DNA of 63,896 nt, counting the filler, from Dugesia japonica (taxonomy: Eukaryota): NCBI GenBank assembly GCA_001938525.1. It is 6 parts of 6 records of this genome, joined end to end, with 100 filler letters (N's around TTAATTAATTAA, not from the genome) between each part and the next. Parts side by side here need not be neighbours in the genome. Positions count along the whole stretch, not along the records: positions 1 to 14,427 come from MQRL01626631.1; 5 more parts are not named here. One strand, 5' to 3'. How positions within the stretch are numbered: position 1 is the first letter of the stretch; each line of letters starts with the position of its first letter. A program made the translations under genes and the position numbers. Below are positions 1 to 12,532 of the stretch, piece after piece. Under the pieces are notes generated by a model. That model ran no database searches. It worked only from the letters and a program-made list of their open reading frames with translations, and had not been told where the DNA came from.

Positions 1-1149
1 GTGGATTTTCGAGTTTGTATTACTGTGGATAAAGATTTTTTCAAAGTTGGGTAATCGATTATTTACATCTATTCCGTAGACGCTCTTAAATTTAACTTTG
101 TGGAGTCAGCGAACCCAACAATATATAATTATGTATTCGGTCTCATTTCAATTGATTTCAGCAACTTATTTATAATTTTAATTTCATTATAAGTTTGTAT
201 TTATTAATTACTTATTAATTTACATTTACGCTTATAAATATATAAACATATATAGTATAATGTGAATAAATATAATAAATGTAATTCATTTTATAAAAAG
301 TAAGTTAATTAAATGATTGAAATAAATAATTAATAAAATATTGATCTGGGAATTATCAAAAAAGTTTAGGATATCTTAGATCAAATTTTCCAAATGTTAT
401 ATCTTAGTCTGTTCTGATTTCCAATTCCGTATCTTTAAATTTCTAAATAGTAACCTATAAAGGATTAATTTGATTCAAATTGATTTTTAATATAACATTA
501 AATAAATTGAAAATAAAGGAAATAAATCTAAAAGAAAAATGTTTATGATGTAAAACAAATAATTTATTGGGATGAACATAAGTTCGTAGATATTTTGCAA
601 TATTGTGTTTCAATATCTAAAAAGATAATATTATTACGTGAATATTTAACATATATGTTAGATGAGTTTGGAGTACTCATAGAAGAATTGAATTCACAAC
701 TTGATTCCATAAAAGATTTATTCACAAATACAAAAACAATGGCCATCATTATTTGTTTATTCTAACAATTCAAAACTCTTTGTTTAATGAGAAATCTCTT
801 TCTTAAATTAAAACATTTTTGCAATAATACAATAAATAGTCATTTTGTATTTTAAATTTCTAAATTAAAATATTTTTGCCATTGTAAAATAAATAGCCAT
901 TTTCTAAAATGGTCTACAATAAATTATAAATATTTAATCTATTCCTTAAACTAAATAAAATTTGATATTCCTTATTCACATTTTCAATAATTTAATTTCT
1001 TAAAATTTCAACTCTTAATTTTAAAAAAGATTTTAGGAAAAAGATTTTCAACCAAAGCATAAAATTTCAATCCGCTTTTCAAATCATATTCACAATAAAT
1101 ATTTGCTGAAAGACCTTGTTTTATTGCATTATTTCAAATTACTCAAAAT

Positions 1150-1800
1150 TCTTGAATAATCCCCCACCCTTTCATTTATTGAAAATTTTTCAAAAAATAA
1201 ATAATTCTTCATCCCTTGAATAATCCCCCACCCTATTTAGATTATAAATGTAAACATTATGGATCCGCATATTGATTCAGTTTTGTCCAAAAATGAAACA
1301 TGTGAAATTTTCTAAAAAATTTAAACTAGATGCTATTGAAAAGTTTAAAATGTCAAAGAACTACCAAAAAACTGTCAAAGAATTCAGAATCGATAAGAAA
1401 TGTTTAAGAGATTAGGTTAAAAATGAGGATTCCATTTTAAAAAGGAGAAAAGATGCATTTTCGTGGTTTTGGTGGTGGTAGAAAACCCACATCTGAAATT
1501 ATTGAGTCAATCTTAAAGGAAAAACTGCTTCAGAAGGAAACTATAACTCGAAATAAAATTGTTAATTGGGCTCTAGGAAAGTAAAGCCACCCACGAATGG
1601 TATTATCTCTCAATGGTTTCTGGACAATTGGAAAATTCTTGATGAGGGTTACAACAAAAAGGCTTTCAAATCAGCTGGTTAAGGTACAGAAATGGACAAA
1701 TAATTTCAAAAAATTCCATTTTTGGTCCAAAATACAATGCAATCACAATTACAGATGGCAATATTCAAAATAGTGTATCATTTGAAAATGAGGAGTCTTA
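1150..1800 (+). mobile_element. Internally deleted pogo/Tigger-like DNA transposon relic
   Basis: Degenerate translation KKFKLDAIEKFKMSKNYQKTVKEFRIDKKCLRD*V...GGGRKP (Brinker/CENP-B-like HTH) joined to KPPT...SQWFLDNWKIL...KKAFKSAG (end of pogo DDE region); repeated GAATAATCCCCCACCC subterminal motif. Confidence 0.55.
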
Positions 1801-2686
1801 TTTTCCGCAAAGTACTGCTCTAAATTGAGTTTATTAAAAGCTTACATCGTTGTAAAGCGACCTATATTGACTAATCGAAAAAATATTATTTTCAACCCGG
1901 AATGATAATGCCAGACTTTACGTGTCTTCAATGATTCAACAGAAAATTGTTGAGTTTGGTTGGTAACATATAAGTCACCCACCATATTCATATGACATAG
2001 TGCCTTTCAATTTTAGTTTATTTAGATCTCTGCAGAATTAATTAAGTCGGAAAACTTTCAAAACCCCGGGGCGGCAAAAACCACTTTAACCAAAAAGATT
2101 TTTTAAAAAAATTTCTGGGAGGGTTGGTTTATAAAGCTTCCTCAATATCATGACAAAATGGTGTATTAAATATATGTATATTGGTTTAAATTTTGTATTT
2201 GACTTTCAGGTAAAATTTCTAGAAAACATGAAAACTTTATTTTCCTTTCTGAAACAATAATCAAAGTTTTAAATCAAATTATTTATCACTGACAAGTAAC
2301 ACAACTTTCATAAATTTTTAATTATTGTATATNNNNNNNNNNNNNNNNNNNNNNNNNNNNNNNNNNNNNNNNNNNNNNNNNNNNNNNNNNNNNNNTGAAT
2401 ATTGATTACTGCGGATTGAATATTCATTACTAACTTTCTATTAATTTTTTGTCTTTTCAATTATTTGCTTTAATTAAAAAATTTCTTCTTGTTTATTGAC
2501 TCTTAAACATATTTTAGGTTAATTTTTTATCATCTATTAAAATTTATTTTTCAATTTAAATCTTTCAATGCAAATTTCATAGTTTAATGATTTTACTATT
2601 TAATTTGTGTCTTCATATTTCTCGTAAATTTAAAAACTTTAAACCAATTGCTTTTGACTTTAATATTCTTATAATATTTAATAAAG

Positions 2687-3116
2687 GTTATTTATCTTTC
2701 AATGGAACTGCTTCTCGAATAATGTTACGAGAATGTCGAAAGAATTTCACAATATTTAATAAATTTATCAACGAAGTCACAAAAATGGATTCAAAAGTTT
2801 CTGGTGAATTGGTTGAAGCNTATCAGAGAGCAGAAAAAATTGGATTACCTTATAAATAGTAAATTTATACAAATATTGTAATTAATACTCAAAATATTGA
2901 TTAGTTTGGAGTGCAATGGGGGATATCCAATTATCCCGAAATCATCGCGTTTAAGAAGTAATATTTTTTATTTTCTCACATCTAATATTAGTTTAATGTA
3001 AATTATTAGTAAAATCATCGGTATCTCACCCAGGAGGATCTAATTCAAAATCTAAAATTAATTCATCTAAACGACCTGTGACAGCAAACGTAACCGGTGG
3101 ATACATGGCACTATGA
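2687..3116 (+). CDS. 3' exons of an unidentified host gene (2687-2858, 2905-2957, 3010-3116)
   Basis: GT-AG introns of about 46 and 52 nt keep one frame: YLSFNGTASRIMLRECRKNF...GLPYK|YLECNGGYPIIPKSSRLR|IKSSVSHPGG...KRPVTANVTGGYMAL*. Confidence 0.6.
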
Positions 3117-3899
3117 AACTAGAAGAATTATTTTGTCACAAATTATATATTTTGCTAACTAAAGCTTTTTATGCAATATCGCTATTCTTTATATGTTACC
3201 CAGGCGATATTTTTAATTGAGAATTTATATTTTAGATAATATATTTTTTGGTAAATTTGTGTCTTCTTTTTAATAATTTCAAATGTCAATTTCAAATATT
3301 TTTTCAATCTTTATATTTTTTAATCTGTGATAAGAATTTATATATTAAAATTCTATTGTTAAATCAATTATGTAATCTCTTTAACAAATCAAACAAACTA
3401 CATATTTTATGAGCGGCAAGCCACCCCGGGATTGAAGAATGCGCATAGAATAAAAATCATTTGCAGAAAATTTTTTGAATTAAAGTGGTTAATGCATCAT
3501 TATATTGTTACAAAAGAAACGATCAAAAATATACATGCTTATCGTCGATGTGCATGCAAAGAGGTCTACTGAAAAAGTTCCCCCGCTTTTTAGGCGCCTC
3601 ATTTTTGTCTTCTTTGTTTGTTTACTTGGTACTTTCTCAAGAGATCTTATTTTGCTCGACATCAGTGCATTCCGCCTATTCTCTTTTTTTTCTGTTTTTA
3701 AGCGGACCTCTTGTTCGCTTGGATTTTCCCACCAACCACCCGCCTTATTTGGCACATCAATTACTTTAAGAAGTAGCCTGATTATGTTCTCCTGCATGTT
3801 TTCGTCTTTTAGTTTTAGTTTAAAATTTTTAGCATTACTCACAAACAAAAGAACAAACATACACCACAGGGTTTTTAATATATTCAGTGAAATTTTAAA

Positions 3900-4620
3900 A
3901 TTTCCAAATGTCAGCATTTGCATTAAGTAATTTTTATGCTTTGCAGTATGACTAGCATTACCAATACGATTGTTCTCTTTTATCCTTTTCCAGAGATGAC
4001 GAACAGTCAATATAATATATGTAGTAACACACCCATTAGTACATAAACCAATAGTTGTATGGGATTTATTAACAAAGCTATTAACAATTTTTTGTGATGT
4101 AGAACAATTTTCAATAAAGAAAGATCCTTAGCAGTTTACAGAATCGAATACTTAAATTTTTTTAAATTTTAAGAATAAGGAATCTATAAAATAAACGACC
4201 CAGAACAGTTTGACAAAGTATAATTATATTTGTAATTTTTCAACACAGTTTCGACTTTTTATTGAAATCAATATTATTACCAATTGAAATTTTCTCAATT
4301 GTCTGCGAAGTCAATGAATTTTAAATTTGTTTACTACATCTATTTGCAGTAATTTTAATAAATTTTCGATAATTTTAATGGATTTCGAATAAGTTGAGAA
4401 CAAGAGCCAAAAACCAAATCTAATCTTTTCATCATGTTCCTCTTGTAAGCCTGATCACAAAAGCTATATAGGGTAACATATAAACCATTATCACTTTTCT
4501 TTCTGTAGATTTCAGTCTCATTATGTGATGATTTCCTTTCAATTAAAATATCCAAAAAAAATAGCAGAATACTAATACTTTCCTTCTCTACAGTAAAAAT
4601 AATATTGGAATGTAACGAAT
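3900..4620 (-). mobile_element. Penelope-like retroelement fragment (RT thumb + GIY-YIG)
   Basis: FLDILIERK...ETEIYRK (RT C-terminus) and TVRHLWKRIKE (GIY-YIG); nucleotide similarity to the element at 45985-47175. Confidence 0.75.
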
Positions 4621-7581
4621 AATAATTTCTTTTAAAACTTAACTTAATCTCTTTCTTTATAAAGGCTGTGCTCTGGTTTCAAAATTTTGACATTTTTGTT
4701 CCTGTCAGATTTGACAGTTTTTTAACTAAATATATTTCCTTTTAACCCGTGTCGTCAATTTAATGTTTATTTTGATCTCCCAGGTTTTCTTCTTATTTCA
4801 ATTATAGCTCTTACTCCAATTTAAGTCTTGAATTTTTATTGCTTCCTCTATTTCTTTTTTCAATATTTCATTTTTTCAACTTTCCACCTAATACTTTTTA
4901 ATTACTTAATTAAGTTATTTTATATTTTATGTTTTTAGGAATGGCTCATCATTCAGAAGCATTGGAATAATTATAAATACTAACATGTATATCACATAAA
5001 TATCTTTATTTACAATATATTTATATTTCGCATTTAATTTTTTAATTTTAATTTTTAATTAATTACTATTTTTAATTTATTTTAAAATTTAATAAAAATC
5101 TTAATTTTACTCCACACTAACAAAATCAATTTTTTTTGTTTAAGAAACGAGATCTATTCAAATAATATCCATATAAAGATTAATACTAAACTGACTTTGA
5201 AACTTGTCAAACTTTCTTTTAATGCTATGCTTGAGTCCAAATTTTAACAAATTGAGTTCATTCTCACTTAACTTAACATCGATTAAATTTAAAATTGTAC
5301 TTTTAACATGAAACTAATAAATATCAAATAATTTTCTAAGATTGAAAAGTTTCTGTTCTGTGAGACAACTTTATTATGAATTGAATTATTAGAGAAGAAA
5401 ATATCTGTCTTAATGCAAATATAAAATCAAAATTCATTGGTTACCTCAAACAGAGCTGATTTCACCAATGTCAAATTATTGATAATATCATTAAGTCTTC
5501 TTATCTCCAACTCAATCGCTCTTCTTAATATTTTTCCATGAATCAATCTCCATTCTTAATTTAATAAATATTCCGGAAGTTTTGATTTCAATAACGCGTC
5601 ATGAAATTCTCTTTGATGTCACTAGAGATAAAATTATTTTAACCCTGTTATTGGTAACTTTCGTTTGGGCGTGATTGTTAAGACCTCTAGCGGAAGTGGG
5701 ATTTCAAGTTAATCAGTCAGACATGCAGTAAGTAAGGCATTAATCAATGTAACACCAATTTTTTTTACACACTGGTCTACTTTCTCTTTACCTGTCTACT
5801 ATCACATAAGTGTGTTGGTGTGTATTCAGTCAGTGAGATGAGAGATGCAGTCATAGTATTATAAGTGTAACTAGGCAATCGCTAGGCGCGGTAAATCAAA
5901 ACCCAAAATTAGCATTAAAATAATAGTTAATCGCAAACAAATTAAACAGTAAGATTCGCCCTTATATGTTTCTCGTCAGAACCATATTNNNNNNNNNNNN
6001 NNNNNNNNNNNNNNNNNNNNNNNNNNNNNNNNNNNNNNTCCATTCTTAATTTAATAAATATTCCGGAAGTTTTGATTTCAATAACGCGTCATGAAATTCT
6101 CTTTGATGTCACCAGAGATAAAATTATTTTAATCCTGTTATTGGTAACTTTCGTTTGGCCGTGATTGTTAAGACCTCTATCGGAAGTGGGATTTCAAGTT
6201 AATCAGTCAGACATGCAGTAAGTAAGGCATTAATCGATGTAACACCAATTTTTTTTTACACACTGGTCTACTTTCTCTTTACGTGTCTACTATCACATAA
6301 GTGTGTTGGTGTGTATTCAGTCAGTGAGATGAGAGATGCAGTCATAGTATTATAAGTGTAACTAGGCAATCGCTAGGCGCGGTAAATCAAAACCCAAAAT
6401 TAGCATTAAAATAATAGTTAATCGCAAACAAATTAAACAGTAAGATTCGCCCTTATATGTTTCTCGTCAGAACCATATTATAATACTATTCCTCGTGATA
6501 GCGACTTTTACGATGATCTTAATATCCCAGCAGCCTGATTATTAATAGCTTCAAGAGCAAATTAATTACAAAAAATAGTTGCACTTTGATTAGTATAAGG
6601 TTACAAACATAGAATTTGATTATGCGCTTAGCGTGTAATAATTTACATTCTTGTTACGATTATTATTATTAATGCTCTTCTCCTTATTATTACGATTATT
6701 GCTAACAGTGATATTATTTATCCTCGGGTATAAGATTATTATTAATATTATTAGTATTAATATTATTATTATCGTTATTATTATTATTATTGTTATTATT
6801 ATTATTAATAAACCCATATAATCGCGACGCCGGAGTTCTAGTAGACCGCTCCAACATCTCTACTGAACAAATAATAGACGAAAGGCGCTGGGATGCTACT
6901 GAGAGGAGTGCATATTACAGCTGGTGTGGCCCTAGACGGGAAAGAGTGGCTTTTTTCCCAGCTCCACTTTCTTTTGAGAGATCGTCCGAGGTGCCTCAAG
7001 TCGAGNNNNNNNNNNNNNNNNNNNNNNNNNNNNNNNNNNNNNNNNNNNNNNNNNNATTACAAAAAATAGTTGCACTTTGATTAGTATAAGGTTACAAACA
7101 TAGAATTTGATTATGCGCTTAGCGTGTAACAATTTACATTCTTGTTAAGATTATTATTATTAATGCTCTTCTCCTTATTATTACGATTATTGCTAACAGT
7201 GATATTATTTATTCTCGGGTATATGATTATTATTAATATTATTAGTATTAATATTATTATTATTATCGTTATTATTGTTATTATTATTATTATTATTATT
7301 AATAGTATTATTATTACTTGATCATTATAATTAATTCGACTATTAATTTTAATGTCATTATCATTATGATCATTAGTATTATTATCGTTATTATCTTCAT
7401 TGGTATTATTATTATCATTATTACTATCATTGTTAGTATTATCGGAGTTATTCAAATTGTTGTTGTCGTGTTGTTATTACTGAAATTCTTCAAATTATTA
7501 TTATCAGTATTTTTCACTAGGAGGGTGACTATCGTTATAATCGTTATTATCGATATTGTTAAGTTCATAAATATTTGAGTT

Positions 7582-7764
7582 ATGGCCGGGGAATTAAAGA
7601 CGACCTTACGTTATATTCGGAAGCAAAGGATGGACGCACGCCTAAAGCAGTTGATAGCCCACCGATTGTCGAATGGTAAAATCGAACATCCCAACGAAAC
7701 CAATCTCCAGTGTTTCGTTGAGATGTTCCCACTAGATTGTAAAGTGGATATGGATGAGGAATAA
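7582..7764 (+). CDS. LTR cassette A, 60-aa protein of unknown function
   Basis: AG 2 nt before ATG, AATAAA at the stop; homolog at 31242-31424 shares IAH.L..G.IEHP.ETNL.CFVEMFPL. Confidence 0.7.
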   Translation: MAGELKTTLRYIRKQRMDARLKQLIAHRLSNGKIEHPNETNLQCFVEMFPLDCKVDMDEE

Positions 7765-7978
7765 ACACCCGCTCTAATTTATGGGCCAACAGTTCTTATG
7801 AAATAACCAAAAAAAAGAATATATTGTTTTTATTTGTGTTTAATTCTTATGAAATAAACTCTAAATATTGTTTTTAATCGTGAATAATTCTTAGGAGATA
7901 AATCCTAAATATTATTATTTTATACATTTTGGTCTTTAAATAAAACCTTNCTAGTTATTATTCTAGAATCAGCATCGA

Positions 7979-8406
7979 ATGGAATATAAGTGGGAAGTAA
8001 GCATTGACGTCNACTCGGGTAGAACGGTGTTTAAAAGTATCAAAACCCGTATAATCGCGACACTGGAGTTCTAGTAGAGCGCTCCAACATCTCTACTGAA
8101 CAAATAATAGACGAAAGGCGCTGGGATGCTACTGATAGGAGTGCATATTACAGTTGGTGTGGCCCTAGACGAGAAAGAGTGGCTTTTTCCCCAGCTCCAC
8201 TTTCTTTTGAGAGATCATCCGAGGTGCCTCAAGTCGAGCGCATATGGCATGATGGGCCTTCTTTAATCGACATCATCACAAACCGTCTACCCTCCACTAA
8301 CCAACTGACTTCGTTTATCCAGGATTATTTGTGGAGTACTCGTAATGGGGGGTCTAGCAGTAATATTGAAAATGCAGAAGAAGAAACCACAGTAGTTTCT
8401 ATGTAA
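7979..8406 (+). CDS. LTR cassette B, ~140-aa protein of unknown function
   Basis: Acceptor TTCTAG at 7961-7966, MEYKWEVSIDV...NPYNRDTGVLVERSN...SFIQDYLW; homolog at 31544-31945. Confidence 0.6.
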
Positions 8407-8565
8407 TGGGTTTAAGTAAAATAAATGTTTAACTGGGTGTTCGTGTCATCTGCCTTGCTGTTTTGTTGTCTATGAGACCATACTGTCTTCATTTATTAAA
8501 CTAAAAATATTCTAATACACANNNNNNNTGAGATCCTATTATTTTTTATTGTATTTGTATTTTAG

Positions 8566-8924
8566 TGCATTCATCCTTGAATAGATCGCAGGCCCCGAAT
8601 AAAAAACTACGCAAAACCAGTGAGGATATAGAGCTCACGTTGGATTTATATAGGCTCGCTAAACGGCGATGGGAGGCTGAGACGGCCGCAACTGAGGCCA
8701 AAATAAGGCACTATAAACGGAAATGTCTATCCTTTAAATCAGAAGTAGAAGCGACCCAGAATCAAGAGCGGGTGTGGAAATCCCAATTCGAATCCTTTAC
8801 TGACATCATCAAGTCTTATCAAGAACGTGAAAATAAATTAATAGAGAATATATTGAAATTGAAGACTGATATACCATTGGCCCTACTTTTGATTGATAAA
8901 GGTACCCAGATTAACCGTTCCTGA
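8566..8924 (+). CDS. LTR cassette C, ~119-aa coiled-coil protein with C-terminal LC8-type motif; no genomic ATG (AG|TG)
   Basis: Open frame from TTTTAG|TG CAT TCA to stop, AATAAA at 8955; homologs at 23281-23480 and 32091-32449. Confidence 0.7.
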
Positions 8925-9043
8925 GTTTTCGTGTTTCAATTTTTGATTGAATTGAATAAATTTGTTATTATTTGTATCTTCTCTAATCTACTTCTTCGAT
9001 TTTATTTATGGAGGTGCCTACTTAAACTGTAATTTTTCTTTAG

Positions 9044-9224
9044 TGCCACGAATTGTTAGATTTGTTAGGTAGATTTCCCAAAGCAGTATATAGCCGACCT
9101 GTCAAGCCAAATGGGAAACCCTGCTTGGGTACAGTGGGACGACAACGACGACATAGCCTCGTTCAATTTTTTGGAGTCCGACACAAACCAGTGGTTAGAT
9201 CCTGATGTATTGGAAGACCTATAA
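9044..9224 (+). pseudogene. LTR cassette D, internally deleted
   Basis: TTTAG|TG CCA CGA ATT start joined directly to KQYIADLSSQMGNPAWVQW...LEDL*; about 200 bp missing relative to 23595-23956. Confidence 0.7.
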
Positions 9225-9500
9225 TTTGTAATGTTAATAGATGTTTTTGATAACTTTTGGTTACTTTTTGATCTATGTCTATAAGGGAAATTAATGAACC
9301 CAAAGTAAAGGTGTACGAGTGTGAACCCCCCGTAAAGGTTGAAGGTCAACCGCTCTGCACTGAATATCCAACTGAGGGGCATTGGATTTAAATTCTTGAA
9401 CGGGTCTCCCTGAGAGCTGTTTTTCCCCAGCCTTTGTTTTCATTACCAACTCAGGTGGGACCTCAACAGAATTATCATTATAATCATATAATATTCAGTA

Positions 9501-10968
9501 TGTTGAGGTGAAACACTTGAGAATGGAAAATAAACCAGCGATTAGGTACACCTGGAATTTGAAAAGATGTCACAAGAAAAAAAACAAAGAACACAGACAA
9601 AAGAAGGAGTTAGACCAGTTACCGAAAGGAATAATAGTAAGAAAAAACCGAAATAAAGGAACTAAATATTGGAAAAGATCCGTAACCTATTGAGTTACAA
9701 AGGAAGAAAAGAAATGTTGGAAGAAAAAAATGTACTGAGAGAACAAAGAAAAAGAAAATAACGGAAGAAAATAATTCATTAAATAAAAGAAAGAAAGTCA
9801 AAGGAAATAATCTACTTACAGAAAATAAATTTAATGAATTAATTAGTGAAAGAAAACAGCAGAATTAAATTAATTTCGGATCAGAAAACAAAGAAATGAA
9901 TATTGAATTAATATTTTGGAAGAAAATAAAATAAATNATTTATTTATTTAAATAAAATAAATCGAACAAATTAAAACAATTTAATTTTAAAAGAAAATTA
10001 AATATTTTGTGAAATATGGGGGGAAAAAACAACTTCCCATGGTGGAAATATCAGCAAATAAGAGGATTATGGTCCAGAAAGAATCGGAAAATTCAAAAAT
10101 GTCAGTTAGAAAATCATAAAAAGATCCAGAAAGAAGTTATAAGGGTTTGAAGACTGACAAATAATTTTGGAATCTTAAAATAACCACCAATAAAAAGAAC
10201 TCATGTGACGTTCAAGCCAATGTAAACGTCTGAAAAATCGTACGATTCCAAATAACCAATGAAAGAAATGGGAGTGCGAAGAAAAACCGGTATAAATACC
10301 GGTGCAATTTTCACAAAAATAAACACTTTTTATCAAAGAAATACGGAAATTAAAACGAAATTAACACAAAAAGTGATTATTTATGCGATTTGATTGATGA
10401 TGCAATGATTTCCGACTGGATTGCTATGACTTATTATTATGAAGGACATCTGGAGTCACTATTGGACACGAATGAAATGGATGCTATGCTCTTGTGCTTG
10501 CTCCGGATCGGGATCCAGATCACGTTAGTTTTCTTAGTTATGTTAATTGTTAGGTTATTGTGCCCCAAGTAAAATTTAAAGCTAATAATATATTTTTCTC
10601 TTATAAATTCTTTTATTTTTCTGAATTGATAATATAGCTATTAAAATTATAATCAAATATAGTGATCAAATTAAAGAACACTCCACAAAGCGGAAAATTA
10701 TAGGTGGATAATTGAAAAGTCTAATTGTACTTAGTAAATCAGGTGAGTATCATGTATAAAGAACCCGAACCAAAGGGGAGCGAGTCTGTACTCGAGTTAC
10801 GAGTCAACGTCTTCATTCCGAAGATCTGGCTTTTTTGGAGGACGCCAGATTCAAACTCATCGCGGGGTTTTACCAGGTCAATTACCCTAGATTTAATTTT
10901 ACATAAAGTTCGAAACCCCTAGATTTAATATTTTAAGGAATTAACCCCCCTAGGGTAAAACCCCAACA
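9501..10968 (+). mobile_element. Short solo-LTR-like relative of the family (1468 bp)
   Basis: Termini TGTTGAGGTGAAACAC...AAAACCCCAACA, GTA on both flanks, CCAAT boxes, TATAAATA at 10291, subterminal GAACCC..AAAGG..CGAGT.TG..GTCAAC motif shared with the long copies. Confidence 0.7.
10405..10572 (+). CDS. 55-aa ORF with C-terminal hydrophobic helix inside the short LTR
   Basis: ATG about 110 nt downstream of the TATA box; ...IGIQITLVFLVMLIVRLLCPK*. Confidence 0.35.
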   Translation: MISDWIAMTYYYEGHLESLLDTNEMDAMLLCLLRIGIQITLVFLVMLIVRLLCPK

Positions 10969-10989
10969 GTATAATTGATAAAGAAAATT

Positions 10990-11820
10990 TAGAAAAGGAA
11001 GTTGGTGACCAAAAAAAAGCTTATATTTCCATAGCCAGAATTTATACCATTTTATAAGTTGAGATATCCCAAGTAAATTGACCATCTCTTTAAAAGCACC
11101 ATCTTGTTTTATTTGATCACATTGTCTGGAAATGGCATTTTACCACGATTTATTCTAAGTAAAAGAATCTATTAATACAAGAATTTATCGTATAGAACTT
11201 CAAATATAAGCTAAGGATTATAGACTTTCTTCAAGAATGAGGGATAAAATTATAAAATGATGCAAATAAAACAGGGATTTTGTAATTGAATCGGGGTAGA
11301 GGAAAAAATGGTTTCACATATAATTGGGTAGTTAATATTTATTCGTATAGTGAACACAAACTAAATCTTTTCTTTCTATTTTTCTTTTTGTGCGAAATTT
11401 GGTTTATAGCGATATAGCAACAACTTTGTATTCTGAAACACGATCTATTCTCTATCCACGTGTGTCTTCAGCACGTCTATCAATTTCCAATTGTTATGCT
11501 GAGAATTGTTATGCCCGATTTCAATTTATCAAGTTCTTTCTTGGGATGAAATGTTATCAAAATCCGTCAATAACGATCGTTTCCAAGTTGACCTAGCGTG
11601 TTCTGAGTTTTTCAATGATAAGCTTCTCATAATTTTAACAGTCACACTTCATTTTGAGGTTCTGCTAATTCGTCATTTACCGGATCTATAATTGAGTTCT
11701 TGTTAGTTTCAGGTTCATCGTGTTTATACTCTGCCACTTGATGTAGGAGGTACTCTAAAATTTATTGGTATATTTAAATATCTTTTACTTTATTCACCTG
11801 CTTCGTTCATAATTACTTGT
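10990..11820 (-). mobile_element. Degenerate DNA-transposase fragment, possibly Sola-like
   Basis: Broken frames resembling IC..FF.ST, NRGK.P..N and YL...L.I.KMY motifs. Confidence 0.3.
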
Positions 11821-12532
11821 CAATTTTGTCCACTAAATGATTATGTAAATAAATTAACATCATATTCAAAAAGTAAATGTAATTTTAACTATTATTAAAA
11901 TAAGTTTACCAGGAAACCTGCTAGCAAAGAGTTAAATCACATCCAGTTGATCATTACTTTCAAAAAGGATCTCGGTTCTCCTTTTCCATAAGGGTGGTAT
12001 TTAACACAAGGACGGATCTACAAGGGGGCAATGTGGGATATGATTTATTTATTATTATATCAATTTAGACTTATTAAATGAAATTATTGATATTTAAAAA
12101 TAGTCATTAATAAAACTTATTAAATAAACTTATTAAATAAACTTATTAAATAAAATATTATTTAATAAAAATTTGTTCCTTACAAATAAAACCAAAAAAT
12201 AAAATTTTAATTTATGGTTTATTGAAACTTTAAAATTTATTAATTTATTTAAGTTAATTTAATAATTCCATTATATTTTACATTTGAAAACTAATTTTTA
12301 ACAAAAAGAAATTAATTGAATCAAATTTACTTTTCACAGATAATTTACTAGATTTTTAATTAATAATTTCAAAATAGTCGTAGTAAATTTCAATTTTTAT
12401 TGCTGATTAATTTTAAAACGAAAATTTTTAAACAAAATAAGATAATTAAAAATTTCTGTATTTTACTTGTTTAAATAAACAAAAAATAATTATAATTTTA
12501 AATTCTCTAACGTTTTAATTTTGTATTCAGGT

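Larger units (their letters stand above)
5100..9468 (+). mobile_element. Gene-bearing giant LTR, copy 1 (left end not found; contains assembly duplications)
   Basis: Same cassette order A-B-C-D and same ~170-bp terminal region ending ACCTCAACA as 28589-33184; left boundary approximate. Confidence 0.7.

Noticed and set aside
3485-3930. Three overlapping ORFs of 94-173 aa
   Set aside because: Chimera of a Penelope GIY-YIG end and a GC-richer repeat; no recognisable protein
5549-6478. ~440-bp tandem duplication
   Set aside because: Near-identical copies on either side of a gap; most likely unmerged contig overlap or haplotypes
6565-7290. Second duplication with an extra cassette B fragment (6811-7005)
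   Set aside because: Abuts a gap and an ATT microsatellite; probably mis-scaffolded allele or paralog
6620-7578. Poly-Ile/poly-Asn ORFs (also 42223, 48128, 51937)
   Set aside because: Translations of (ATT)n microsatellites or N runs
9065-9382. Antisense ORF repeated at 23650-24036
   Set aside because: Shadow of cassette D; different limits and not seen as an ORF in copy 3
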